Shown here in pieces: positions 8,819 to 17,121 of a stretch of 26,325 nucleotides of DNA. This DNA comes from a virus. Taxonomy: Duplodnaviria > Caudoviricetes. The stretch lies in IMG/VR virus record IMGVR_UViG_3300030331_003157, positions 1 to 26,325 of that record; one strand, written 5' to 3'. Each line of letters starts with the position of its first letter. Positions within the stretch are counted from its first letter, which is position 1. Made by a program: the position numbers and the translations under genes. The notes below the pieces were generated by a model, which searched no databases, was not told where the DNA came from, and saw only the letters and a program-made list of their open reading frames with translations.

Positions 8819-9246
8819 TGGCAGCGATAGGGAAAGGCATATTCAATTTATTATCTAACAACGGGACAATTAGCTCAAATGTTGGAACGAGAATAATGCC
8901 TCAAATAGTTAATGCAACACAATCAGGAGCACGAGCTTTCCCTTATATAACATATAATATAGTTTCAGTTGACCCTGTTGCGGACAAGAGTATTTCTGCG
9001 GGTGGTTCAGCTTTAATTGATGTCTTTAGAGTTCAAATAACTATTTATACTGAAACGTATAGCGATTTGGAAACACTATCAGCAGCAGTTTTAGCAACGT
9101 TAAACCGCTACACAGGGACAGCAAATACAATAAAAATTCAAAGCGTTGATTATATAACTCAAGCGGACGACTTTCAAAAAGACGGAGGTAATAACGGGAT
9201 ATACGGTCGAGGGATGGATTTTAATTTTAGAATTAATAATGTTTAA
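8818..9246 (+). CDS. Tail terminator (DUF3168-like)
   Basis: VGTRIMP, FPYITY, RVQITIY motifs; sits before the tail tube gene. Confidence 0.82.
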   Translation: MAAIGKGIFNLLSNNGTISSNVGTRIMPQIVNATQSGARAFPYITYNIVSVDPVADKSISAGGSALIDVFRVQITIYTETYSDLETLSAAVLATLNRYTGTANTIKIQSVDYITQADDFQKDGGNNGIYGRGMDFNFRINNV

Positions 9247-9257
9247 AAAAAAGTAAT

Positions 9258-9455
9258 ATGAAAAAACTTGAATTAACAAAAGATGTATATTTTAATGAGG
9301 ATAATAATTGGAAAGCAGGAACAATTTTAACAGTTCCGTTTGATATAGGAGATTTGACTTATGAAAATATAATAAAAGCAGGAGACGGAAAAGTTTTCAG
9401 CGAACAAATAATGATGAAAGAAGAAAAAAAAGAGAAAAAAAGTAAAAAGAATTAA
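9258..9455 (+). CDS. Small hypothetical protein
   Basis: 65-aa ORF with an A-rich leader, filling the gap. Confidence 0.65.
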   Translation: MKKLELTKDVYFNEDNNWKAGTILTVPFDIGDLTYENIIKAGDGKVFSEQIMMKEEKKEKKSKKN

Positions 9456-9476
9456 TAATTATTAAAATATTTAGAA

Positions 9477-9899
9477 ATGGCGACTACTACATCACTCAAC
9501 GGAACGGATTTCATTGTTCAAGTTGACAAAGGAGCAGGATATGTCACAATTGCAACCTCAACAAGTGCCTCAATCTCAATGTCTTTAGAGACAAGAGATA
9601 CAAGTGCAAAGAGTTCGGCAGGTTGGGCAGAAGCTCTATACGGTCAACGTAGTTGGACAATTGATGTCGAAGGATTACTTAATTTCGGAACAGGAAACAT
9701 CACGGAATTGTGGTCTATATACGAAAACAGAACAGTTTGCACGATTAAATTCATTCAAACAACTCCAGTGACTGGAGATTCTTATTGGAGCGGAACAGCT
9801 CTTTTAACGAGTTTATCAGCAGACGCACCAATGGAAGACTCGATGACTTATTCGGCTTCTTTCCAAGGTTCAGGAGTTCTTGCAGACACAACGAACTAA
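9477..9899 (+). CDS. Major tail tube protein (Phage_tail_2 / TP901-1-like)
   Basis: LNGTDF, DTSAKSSAGW, RSWTIDVEG, TYSASFQGSG motifs. Confidence 0.92.
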   Translation: MATTTSLNGTDFIVQVDKGAGYVTIATSTSASISMSLETRDTSAKSSAGWAEALYGQRSWTIDVEGLLNFGTGNITELWSIYENRTVCTIKFIQTTPVTGDSYWSGTALLTSLSADAPMEDSMTYSASFQGSGVLADTTN

Positions 9900-9905
9900 T
9901 AAAAA

Positions 9906-9947
9906 TTAATATTATAGGGAGGAGTTTTCTCCTCTCTATTATATTAA
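9906..9947 (+). promoter_or_regulatory. Long RNA hairpin after the tail tube gene (attenuator, stabiliser or processing site)
   Basis: TTAATAT-T-ATAGGGAGGAG / TTTT / CTCCTCTCTAT-T-ATATTAA. Followed by an A-run, not a U-tract. Confidence 0.7.
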
Positions 9948-9983
9948 AAAAAACAAATATTAATGAATTAAAAAAGATAACTT

Positions 9984-10319
9984 ATGAAATACGAATTAAT
10001 TACGGTTGGCGGAAAAGAAAGAGCAATCCGTTATGGTTTTTGGGCGTTAGCTCAGTTTTGTGAAATGTGTAATATTAAATTAAGCGACTTAGGAAAATTA
10101 GAAAAGGATTTAACTCTAAAACAAGCAATATTTTTGATATATGTTGGCTTAGAGGACGGAGCAAGAAAATCAGGCACGGACTTCGATTTAAAAGTTGAGC
10201 AAATTGCTGACTATATTGACGAAGACGAAAGTTTAATTACAAGGTCTCTTGATATTTTTACCAAATTTCAATCAAAACCTGATAAAAAAGAAAAAGCTGT
10301 AACAGGAAAAAAAAAATAA
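9984..10319 (+). CDS. Tail assembly chaperone (lambda G-like)
   Basis: Lies between tail tube and tape measure genes; ends GGA AAA AAA AAA TAA. Confidence 0.85.
   Translation: MKYELITVGGKERAIRYGFWALAQFCEMCNIKLSDLGKLEKDLTLKQAIFLIYVGLEDGARKSGTDFDLKVEQIADYIDEDESLITRSLDIFTKFQSKPDKKEKAVTGKKK
10305..10319 (+). other. Programmed -1 frameshift site (G/GT)
   Basis: A10 run at 10307-10316 (A AAA AAA). The -1 frame is open through it and on to 10696. Confidence 0.85.
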
Positions 10320-10696
10320 AAAATAAAGATTCTTTAGAGTGGGAGGATTTATTTAAAATTGCTTTTGGAGTTTTGAATTTAAGTGAGGATGAGTTTTGGG
10401 ATATGACTCCTAAAACGTTTTCATTTAGGACTCAAGGTTTTTGGGAGCATTTTGAATTAAAAGAACGTTTAGAGTGGGAGAGGACAAGGTGGCTAGGGAC
10501 AATTATTTTGCAGCCTCATATGAAAAGAGGAAGGACATTAAAACCAACAGACTTAGTTAAGTTTGACTGGGAGAAAGGAGAAAGCAAAAAGATGAGCAAA
10601 GACGAGCTCGATAAGAGAAGAAAACATGCTGAATTTATAAAAAAGAAATACAGTAAAATTAGTAAAAATAAAAATATAACAACATGGCAGGATTAG
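10310..10696 (+). CDS. Tail assembly chaperone T segment (expressed as a GT fusion)
   Basis: -1 frame reads KKIKNKDSLEWEDLFKIAFGVLNLSEDEFWDMTPKTF. It has the EFWDMTP motif and no good upstream ATG. Confidence 0.85.
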   Translation, partial: KKIKNKDSLEWEDLFKIAFGVLNLSEDEFWDMTPKTFSFRTQGFWEHFELKERLEWERTRWLGTIILQPHMKRGRTLKPTDLVKFDWEKGESKKMSKDELDKRRKHAEFIKKKYSKISKNKNITTWQD

Positions 10697-13215
10697 GAAG
10701 TGTTACGGTAAATTTAGGAGCTAATATTAAAGATTTTAGAACCAAAATGCAACAAGCCGAGAAAACTTTTACAAAGTTCGGAAAAAAAATGCAAAACACG
10801 GGCAAATCTTTGACAATGGGTTTGACGTTACCGTTAGCAGGATTCGGAGCTCTTGCTGTTAAAACTTTCGATAAACAAGAAAAGGCAATCGCACAAGTTG
10901 AAGCGGGTATTAAATCAACAGGAGGAGCAGCGGGTTTCACAGCAGACGAGTTTAAAAAAATGGCTGCCGACTTACAAAAAGTTACAATTTTCGGAGACGA
11001 AGACATTTTGCAGGGAGCAACCGCTCAGCTTTTAACTTTTACAAATATAGCAGGAGAGCAATTTCAAAGAACTCAAGAAATCGCGTTAGACTTAGCGACT
11101 AGATTAGACGGAGATTTAAAAAGTTCGTCAATTATGTTAGGTAAAGCGTTGAACGACCCTGTTGCCAATTTATCTGCATTAAGTAGAGCGGGGATTCAGT
11201 TTTCAGATGAGCAAAAAAAGACGGTTAAGGCATTAGTTGAAACAAACCGACTTGCAGACGCTCAGACTTTAATATTAAACGAACTAGAGAATCAATATGG
11301 AGGCTCAGCTCAGGCAGCTGCTCAGGCAGGTCTCGGACCTATACAACAACTGAAAAACTCTTTCATGGATGTTACCGAACAAATCGGAGCAATATTAATC
11401 CCGCACCTTCAAAAATTAGCTACATTTATAAAAGGCATAGCAGACAAATTCGCAAATTTAGACACAGACACAAAAGAATTAATTGTCAAAATTGGAATGA
11501 TTGCAGCAGCTTTAGGACCGTTGTTAATGGCTTTCGGAAAAGTTATGATTATAATTCCAAAAATAGCAAGAACAATGGCAATGCTAACAGGACCAATAGG
11601 ACTAATCGTTGGAGCTTTAGCAATGGCAGCTGTTTTGATTGTTCAAAATTGGGAAAAAATAAAAGAATATTTTACATCAGGAGAAGGCTCTCAAATGTTT
11701 ACGACTATTAAAGAAATCGTTATTCAGACAATGTCATTAATTAGCAAAGTTGTTCAGGTAACAGTGCAATTCATTGCTGACATTTGGGCGAGGATAGGTC
11801 CATTTGTTATGAAAATAGTTACTAGAGTTTTTAACGTTATTGGTAACACTATTAAAACAGTATTAAATTTTATTTTAGATATTTTAGGATTTTTTCAGAG
11901 AATTTTTGCGGGAGGTTGGGAAGGTTTATTCAATGGTATAAAAACATTTTTTGTTAAAATATGGCGTTCAATAGTTAGATTTTTATTAAAGGGTTTAATT
12001 ACTGTCATGAAAGGCATGAAAAAACTTCTTGAGGCTTTTGGAGCAAAAAAATTAGCTGCTAAGGTTGACAATACAACAAGCAGTTTAGAGAATTACGGAA
12101 ACGGTTTGAAAAATGTTGCTAACGGAAGCGTCAGCACAGGCAAAGATATAAAAAAATTCAATAAAGAATTAAAAGAACAAAAAGACACAACTAAGGACGT
12201 AGTTGACGAAACGCTTGATTTAACAAAAGCAACTGAAGGATATAACAAAGAAATTGACTTGTCAAATATTGATACGACAAATAAAGATTTGAAAAAAAAC
12301 AAAAAAGCTACTTTTGACGCAACGGAATCAATGAAAGAGTTTACAACTCAATTCGAAGCTATTGACAAGAAAGCCGAAGTTTTTGGAGAAATGGGCAAAG
12401 ATTTTGACGCGAACGCTGAAAAAGCTAGTTTAATTGAGTCTCAAATTACAACTTTAATAGACAACGGGATTGACCCTGCGTCAGACGAAATAAAAAAATT
12501 AAAAGATGAGTTTGCAAAATTAGGAAAAGAAGGAAAAAAAACTAGCGAAGATTTAGCAAAAGGATTGCAAAAATTTGCTGACACAGCAGGGACAATCATG
12601 TCGGGTGTTGGTGCGATATTTTCTCAATATTTCGAAATGAAAATGCAGGGACTTGAAAATGACCAAGCTGCTGAAGAAGAAGCATTGCAGAAAGCGTTTG
12701 ACAATCAAGTTGAGGACATAGAAAATTCAACAATGAATCAACAATTAAAAGACGCTAAATTGCAAGAACTTCAGGAGACTCATGACGAAAACATGACAGG
12801 CGTTCAAGAGAAGTTTCAGCAAAAAATGGCTCAACAAAAAAAGAAACAAGCAATCGCAGACAAAGCAATGGCAATAGCAAACGCAGTTATAAACACAGCT
12901 GCGGGGGTGGCTTCCGCTTTACCAAATATCCCACTGGCGGCAGTTATTGGAGCAATGGGAGCGGCTCAGGTTGCCTTAATAGCTTCAACTCCTATTCCTG
13001 CAATGGCACAAGGAGGAATCGTGACTGGTCCTACAACTGCCCTCATCGGAGAGGCGGGTGCTGAGGCGGTTATTCCGTTAGACAAATTAAGCTCTATTAT
13101 GGGAGAGCAAACGCAAACAGTTAACGTAGTGGGTAAAATATCAGGAGACGATATAATTCTCGTTTCAGACAGAGCAAAACAAAACAGAACACGTGTAAGA
13201 GGTATAAATAGTTAA
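10684..13215 (+). CDS. Tail tape measure protein
   Basis: 843 aa, helical and Ala/Gly-rich. N-terminal VTVNLGA, GKALNDP, amphipathic aromatic repeats, C-terminal MAQGGIVTGPT..GEAGAEAVIPL. Confidence 0.95.
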   Translation: MAGLGSVTVNLGANIKDFRTKMQQAEKTFTKFGKKMQNTGKSLTMGLTLPLAGFGALAVKTFDKQEKAIAQVEAGIKSTGGAAGFTADEFKKMAADLQKVTIFGDEDILQGATAQLLTFTNIAGEQFQRTQEIALDLATRLDGDLKSSSIMLGKALNDPVANLSALSRAGIQFSDEQKKTVKALVETNRLADAQTLILNELENQYGGSAQAAAQAGLGPIQQLKNSFMDVTEQIGAILIPHLQKLATFIKGIADKFANLDTDTKELIVKIGMIAAALGPLLMAFGKVMIIIPKIARTMAMLTGPIGLIVGALAMAAVLIVQNWEKIKEYFTSGEGSQMFTTIKEIVIQTMSLISKVVQVTVQFIADIWARIGPFVMKIVTRVFNVIGNTIKTVLNFILDILGFFQRIFAGGWEGLFNGIKTFFVKIWRSIVRFLLKGLITVMKGMKKLLEAFGAKKLAAKVDNTTSSLENYGNGLKNVANGSVSTGKDIKKFNKELKEQKDTTKDVVDETLDLTKATEGYNKEIDLSNIDTTNKDLKKNKKATFDATESMKEFTTQFEAIDKKAEVFGEMGKDFDANAEKASLIESQITTLIDNGIDPASDEIKKLKDEFAKLGKEGKKTSEDLAKGLQKFADTAGTIMSGVGAIFSQYFEMKMQGLENDQAAEEEALQKAFDNQVEDIENSTMNQQLKDAKLQELQETHDENMTGVQEKFQQKMAQQKKKQAIADKAMAIANAVINTAAGVASALPNIPLAAVIGAMGAAQVALIASTPIPAMAQGGIVTGPTTALIGEAGAEAVIPLDKLSSIMGEQTQTVNVVGKISGDDIILVSDRAKQNRTRVRGINS

Positions 13216-13217
13216 TT

Positions 13218-13532
13218 ATGAATATAGGACAATTAGACAGACGAATTACAATTCAACAACCTTCAGAGTCTCAATCGGCTTTCGGAGACATGACGATTTC
13301 TTGGGCAACTTTGAGGAGCGTTTGGGCTCATGTAATTTATAAATCAGGAAATGAGAAAGACCAAGCGGACAGAATAACTGACATAACAACGGTCATTTTT
13401 ACTATTAGATACGCGTCAGACGTTACACAACAAATGAGAGTTTCTTTTGATTCTAACACATATTACATCGATGAAGTTTTGCACCATGGTCGTAAAAAAT
13501 GGACTCAACTTAAAGTTAAAATAAAACAATAA
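13218..13532 (+). CDS. Head-closure / head-tail joining protein (SPP1 gp16-like)
   Basis: MNIGQLDRRITIQ, VWAHV, FTIRY, MRVSF signature. Confidence 0.9.
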   Translation: MNIGQLDRRITIQQPSESQSAFGDMTISWATLRSVWAHVIYKSGNEKDQADRITDITTVIFTIRYASDVTQQMRVSFDSNTYYIDEVLHHGRKKWTQLKVKIKQ

Positions 13533-13545
13533 TAATCTAAAAAAT

Positions 13546-13716
13546 ATGAAATATATTAATAATATAAAAATCTTGTTTAAGGCTATTTTTAAGCGATTTA
13601 AGGGACTTTTACCTGTTTTTAATATATATACATTACTTGCATTGAGTTCTTTAAATAACAGATTAGAACAAAAATCAATAATAAATATTATGTTAACCAA
13701 CAAAAAACACAAATAA
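13546..13716 (+). CDS. Possible small protein, 56 aa (not in the track)
   Basis: MKYINNIKILFKAIFKRFKG...KKHK*, A-rich leader, very AT-rich, so could be a chance ORF. Confidence 0.4.
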   Translation: MKYINNIKILFKAIFKRFKGLLPVFNIYTLLALSSLNNRLEQKSIINIMLTNKKHK

Positions 13717-13734
13717 AAATATTATGTTAACCAA
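13683..13734. repeat. 18-bp direct repeat x2
   Basis: AAATATTATGTTAACCAA at 13683-13700 and 13717-13734. Confidence 0.9.
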
Positions 13735-13755
13735 AATAATTAAAAATATAAAAAA

Positions 13756-13878
13756 ATGGATAAAGAATACGACACAGAAAATCCAGAAATTCTGGACTGT
13801 CCTGAGGGTTCAAATTGTGAACCGTCTGACGAAAATCAAGAAATTTGCAAATGCAAAATTGATGAAAAAAAAGATTGA
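13756..13878 (+). CDS. Small acidic 4-Cys peptide, 40 aa (not in the track)
   Basis: MDKEYDTENPEILDCPEGSNCEPSDENQEICKCKIDEKKD*, with an A-rich leader. Confidence 0.55.
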   Translation: MDKEYDTENPEILDCPEGSNCEPSDENQEICKCKIDEKKD

Positions 13879-13910
13879 CAAATTCTTTTTAAAAGACGAT
13901 ATAAAATAAA

Positions 13911-15965
13911 ATGGCTTTATATAATAGATATAAAAACGAGCATTATTCTGAAAACGGGACTCTTTGGAAATTAGAAATTTTAGATTCTACTTTGTCCTCA
14001 GGAAACATGGACACTGAGTTTGATTTGACGCCAACGGGCGTCACTGTAAAATGGGACGGAGAAAACGACGAACGTTATCAACCAATAAAAGGAAGCTCTT
14101 GCAACTTTACAATGATGATAACAAACGCAACTTTAAACGGTTTTTTAGCATTATTAAGAGCAGCAGACGAGGGGCGTTTTACTGTTAAATTATCTTATTT
14201 TAGGAGTTCGTCTTGGGAGGTTTATTGGAGAGGTTTTATTGTAGCTGAAAATTTAGCCGAGGAGGACGTTGATTATCCTTTTGAGTTAGACGTAGAAGCA
14301 ATTGACGGATTAGGTAGATTAAAAGATTTGCCTTTTAATCATGTTGCAACATATAACGCAGGGACAGGATATAAAGCTCTAGCATATATAACAGACATGT
14401 TATCTTTGTGCGGTTATATTGCAGACTTCGGGACGGGAAATACCTTTTTATATACAATGGTTGATTTATACGAAGACTCCATGTCTAATATAGGAGCTCA
14501 GGCTTCTGACCCTGTTGAGAAAACGCAAATATATGCAGACGCATTTTTGCAAATAGACGAAAACGGAATCGAGAATCCTGTTTCCGCTTTAGAAGTTTTA
14601 GAAAATATCTGCAAAGTTTTCGGAGCAAGAATTTTTCAAAGTCGGGGAGCGTGGTATTTTATACAATTGCAAAGGTATCAAACAACGGGGACGGTTGAAT
14701 ATAGGCGTTATGACGAAGCGGACAACGCTCTCGGTAATGGGACTTGGGATTTAAACAAAATAGCGGGTTCAAGTTTTGTTGTCACTTTAGACGATACAAA
14801 TATTATAAAACTAGCGGGAATGAAAAAAGAGTTTTACGAGCCTTTGTTTAGAGCTGCGATAACATATGACACTTTTGGGAAAACTAGTTTATTAAAAGTC
14901 ACTCCGTCAAATCAATTCTCAGGAGGAACAGCGTCAACTCATGTTTTAGGAGCTTTAACAGCTACCGCTAACGATGCGATTGAGGTTTCTTGGTGGGTAA
15001 GCACAGACATTGTGACTAATAGTTTTAATTATAGCACTACTATCAACGGCTTTTCGGGTGCGTTGACAGCTTTTCAATATGTGGGCGTTCAATTATATAA
15101 TGACCACACAACGAATGAATATTGGGACGAGACGAATCAAGTTTGGGACTCGTCAGGAATACCTGTAACAAATTATTTTCAGGTGCAAAATTTAGGATTA
15201 CCAGTGACAGGGACAAATTTCGCAAGTCCTCAAACGGGAAGTTTTAATTTTATAACCGCTGAGCTTCCGAGAAGTGCTATTTATAGCATTAAATTTTCTG
15301 CTGAGCCTTGGGTTTTAGGGACAGGGACTTTAGCCACTCCTCCAAATGGAAGCGGTCAAGTTTCGGCAAGTTCAACAGCTTCAGTCGCGGCACAAGCTCC
15401 TCATCCTGTCACACAATTCATGAGTCCTTCTAAAAATTACGGACGTTATGTTTTATATAGCGTTGCGGGTAATATAACTGTTAAGCAAGATTATTTTTCA
15501 CAAGTTGGGAACGGTGCTTCGCTAGAATATCAGGACGAGGTTTTAATTGGAGACGGACCAACTAACGCCAGTGTCGGAAGGCTCGAAGTATGGAACGGTT
15601 CGGCTTATGTAGTTGCGGACACATGGCAACAGTCTCAAGCGGGGACATCAGCAACCTTATTAAATTTAATGGCGGAGTTAATTTTAGGGGGTCAGCGTGT
15701 TTTCGTTGACAAAAACCAAATGACAATATATTTAAAAGGTGGAGCGGGATATATTGTGGACTTTACAAACTCAATTAAAATCACAGAGGACTCGACAGAT
15801 TTTCGATACATTCCCAACGGGTTTGAAATTCAGACAGGACTTGACGAAGTGTCGGGAGAATGGTTTAAAAGCGTTTTAGATACTTCTTCAAGCACGAATA
15901 CAACAGTTCCCTCATATGTTACAACAAACACCAAAAAACCGAATAAAAACGCATATTTTAAATAG
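13911..15965 (+). CDS. Minor tail protein (tail tip/hub-like)
   Basis: 684 aa, beta-rich, first large gene after the tape measure. YWRGFI, EAIDGLGRLKD and LENICKVFGARIFQ resemble tail-hub proteins. Confidence 0.7.
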   Translation: MALYNRYKNEHYSENGTLWKLEILDSTLSSGNMDTEFDLTPTGVTVKWDGENDERYQPIKGSSCNFTMMITNATLNGFLALLRAADEGRFTVKLSYFRSSSWEVYWRGFIVAENLAEEDVDYPFELDVEAIDGLGRLKDLPFNHVATYNAGTGYKALAYITDMLSLCGYIADFGTGNTFLYTMVDLYEDSMSNIGAQASDPVEKTQIYADAFLQIDENGIENPVSALEVLENICKVFGARIFQSRGAWYFIQLQRYQTTGTVEYRRYDEADNALGNGTWDLNKIAGSSFVVTLDDTNIIKLAGMKKEFYEPLFRAAITYDTFGKTSLLKVTPSNQFSGGTASTHVLGALTATANDAIEVSWWVSTDIVTNSFNYSTTINGFSGALTAFQYVGVQLYNDHTTNEYWDETNQVWDSSGIPVTNYFQVQNLGLPVTGTNFASPQTGSFNFITAELPRSAIYSIKFSAEPWVLGTGTLATPPNGSGQVSASSTASVAAQAPHPVTQFMSPSKNYGRYVLYSVAGNITVKQDYFSQVGNGASLEYQDEVLIGDGPTNASVGRLEVWNGSAYVVADTWQQSQAGTSATLLNLMAELILGGQRVFVDKNQMTIYLKGGAGYIVDFTNSIKITEDSTDFRYIPNGFEIQTGLDEVSGEWFKSVLDTSSSTNTTVPSYVTTNTKKPNKNAYFK

Positions 15966-15967
15966 TT

Positions 15968-16792
15968 ATGAGCTTTTACTTAAATAATCAATTCAACACC
16001 AGAGCTATTGGAACGCTAACCGCAGCAGTTACAAGAGGGGCGACTATTACCTCGTTAACGACTTCAGAATTACCAAATTCTATAATTCAAGACGGGACAA
16101 AATTAATTTTACAAGCACCTGACGGAACAACAAAAATGGTCACAGCTTCAGCTCCCAACGCAGCAGCAGCTAAAATTATTAATATAGATTCTGTCACTAT
16201 TGCGTCAGGTTTTCCTATTGGGACAATGATATATTTTGAAGCGTCAGACTTTTATAATAAAACGTTAACGCAAAAAAAATATAATTTTAACCAACAAATA
16301 GTATTCTCAGGAGGAACAACAGACACTAATGATTATTTACGTAATTATTCACACGATACTCAATTTAATATAAATACATCGGCTTCGTTATCTAACGGAG
16401 ACTCTAAGAATAACAACTGGGGTGCGAGATATGGCTTTTTTGTTGCTCCTGTTGAATGTAATTTGACTAAGGTTTTTGGTTGGATTAATGGTCACGGAGT
16501 TTCTAGTTCAAAACCTGAAGCAATAACATTAAGCATATGGAAAAAAGATTCTACTGCTAACGGGACAACCGCAACGAGAATCTATTTATTATCTCAGACA
16601 ACTCACACCTTCCCTGCTAGTTCAGCTAATAATTACGTTGAACAAATTATCGACACGCCTTCTCCCGTTGCAATTAATAAATATGATTCATGTTTCGTGA
16701 CAATTAGAAGAATCGGAGACGAAGAACACGACAGGACCGCTACTTGGTATTTAAATTTTGAAGTAATTTTCGAAGCAACACAAATTAATTAA
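15968..16792 (+). CDS. Putative tail tip / receptor-binding protein
   Basis: Thr/Ser/Asn-rich beta protein at the end of the tail module. Confidence 0.55.
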   Translation: MSFYLNNQFNTRAIGTLTAAVTRGATITSLTTSELPNSIIQDGTKLILQAPDGTTKMVTASAPNAAAAKIINIDSVTIASGFPIGTMIYFEASDFYNKTLTQKKYNFNQQIVFSGGTTDTNDYLRNYSHDTQFNINTSASLSNGDSKNNNWGARYGFFVAPVECNLTKVFGWINGHGVSSSKPEAITLSIWKKDSTANGTTATRIYLLSQTTHTFPASSANNYVEQIIDTPSPVAINKYDSCFVTIRRIGDEEHDRTATWYLNFEVIFEATQIN

Positions 16793-16793
16793 A

Positions 16794-16976
16794 ATGGAAA
16801 ACGAAAAAAACATATTACAATGTTGGTATTCAGGACAGATTCCTGAAAGAGAGTTTTTTGACATGCTTTCTCAAAACCCTAAATTATTAAAATTATGGCA
16901 TGAACAAATAATAATAAACAGTAAAAAAAATGACAAAAAAAGAAAATCACAACAGGAGGAAATCCAACAGGATTAA
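16794..16976 (+). CDS. Hypothetical protein
   Basis: Starts 1 nt after the previous stop. Confidence 0.6.
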   Translation: MENEKNILQCWYSGQIPEREFFDMLSQNPKLLKLWHEQIIINSKKNDKKRKSQQEEIQQD

Positions 16977-17121
16977 TCCTAAAGTTATTGAATGGAATAA
17001 AAAACAGAGACACGAGTCACGTCCTGTCCCTGCATGGAAAATAGATTTATTTAAAATTGTCAGTAAATATGAAACAAAAAACCTTGTTAAATTAAACTCA
17101 AAAGATTATAATTCGAAATAA
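16930..17121 (+). CDS. Hypothetical basic protein
   Basis: 63 aa; its stop overlaps the next ATG (TAATG). Confidence 0.6.
   Translation: MTKKENHNRRKSNRINPKVIEWNKKQRHESRPVPAWKIDLFKIVSKYETKNLVKLNSKDYNSK

Noticed and set aside
9785-10063. 92-aa + strand ORF
   Set aside because: Out-of-frame overlap with the tail tube and chaperone genes, and it runs through the hairpin.
10853-11035. 60-aa ORF nested in the tape measure gene
   Set aside because: Alternate-frame shadow with no supporting leader or motif.
13683-13734. CRISPR-like mini-array
   Set aside because: Only two 18-bp copies with a 16-bp gap, and no cas genes.
13724-13909. 61-aa basic ORF as the gene in this gap
   Set aside because: Lys/Ile composition is typical of an off-frame AT-rich read, and the nested 13756-13878 frame looks more protein-like. 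Not fully excluded, since its stop lies 1 nt before the next ATG.
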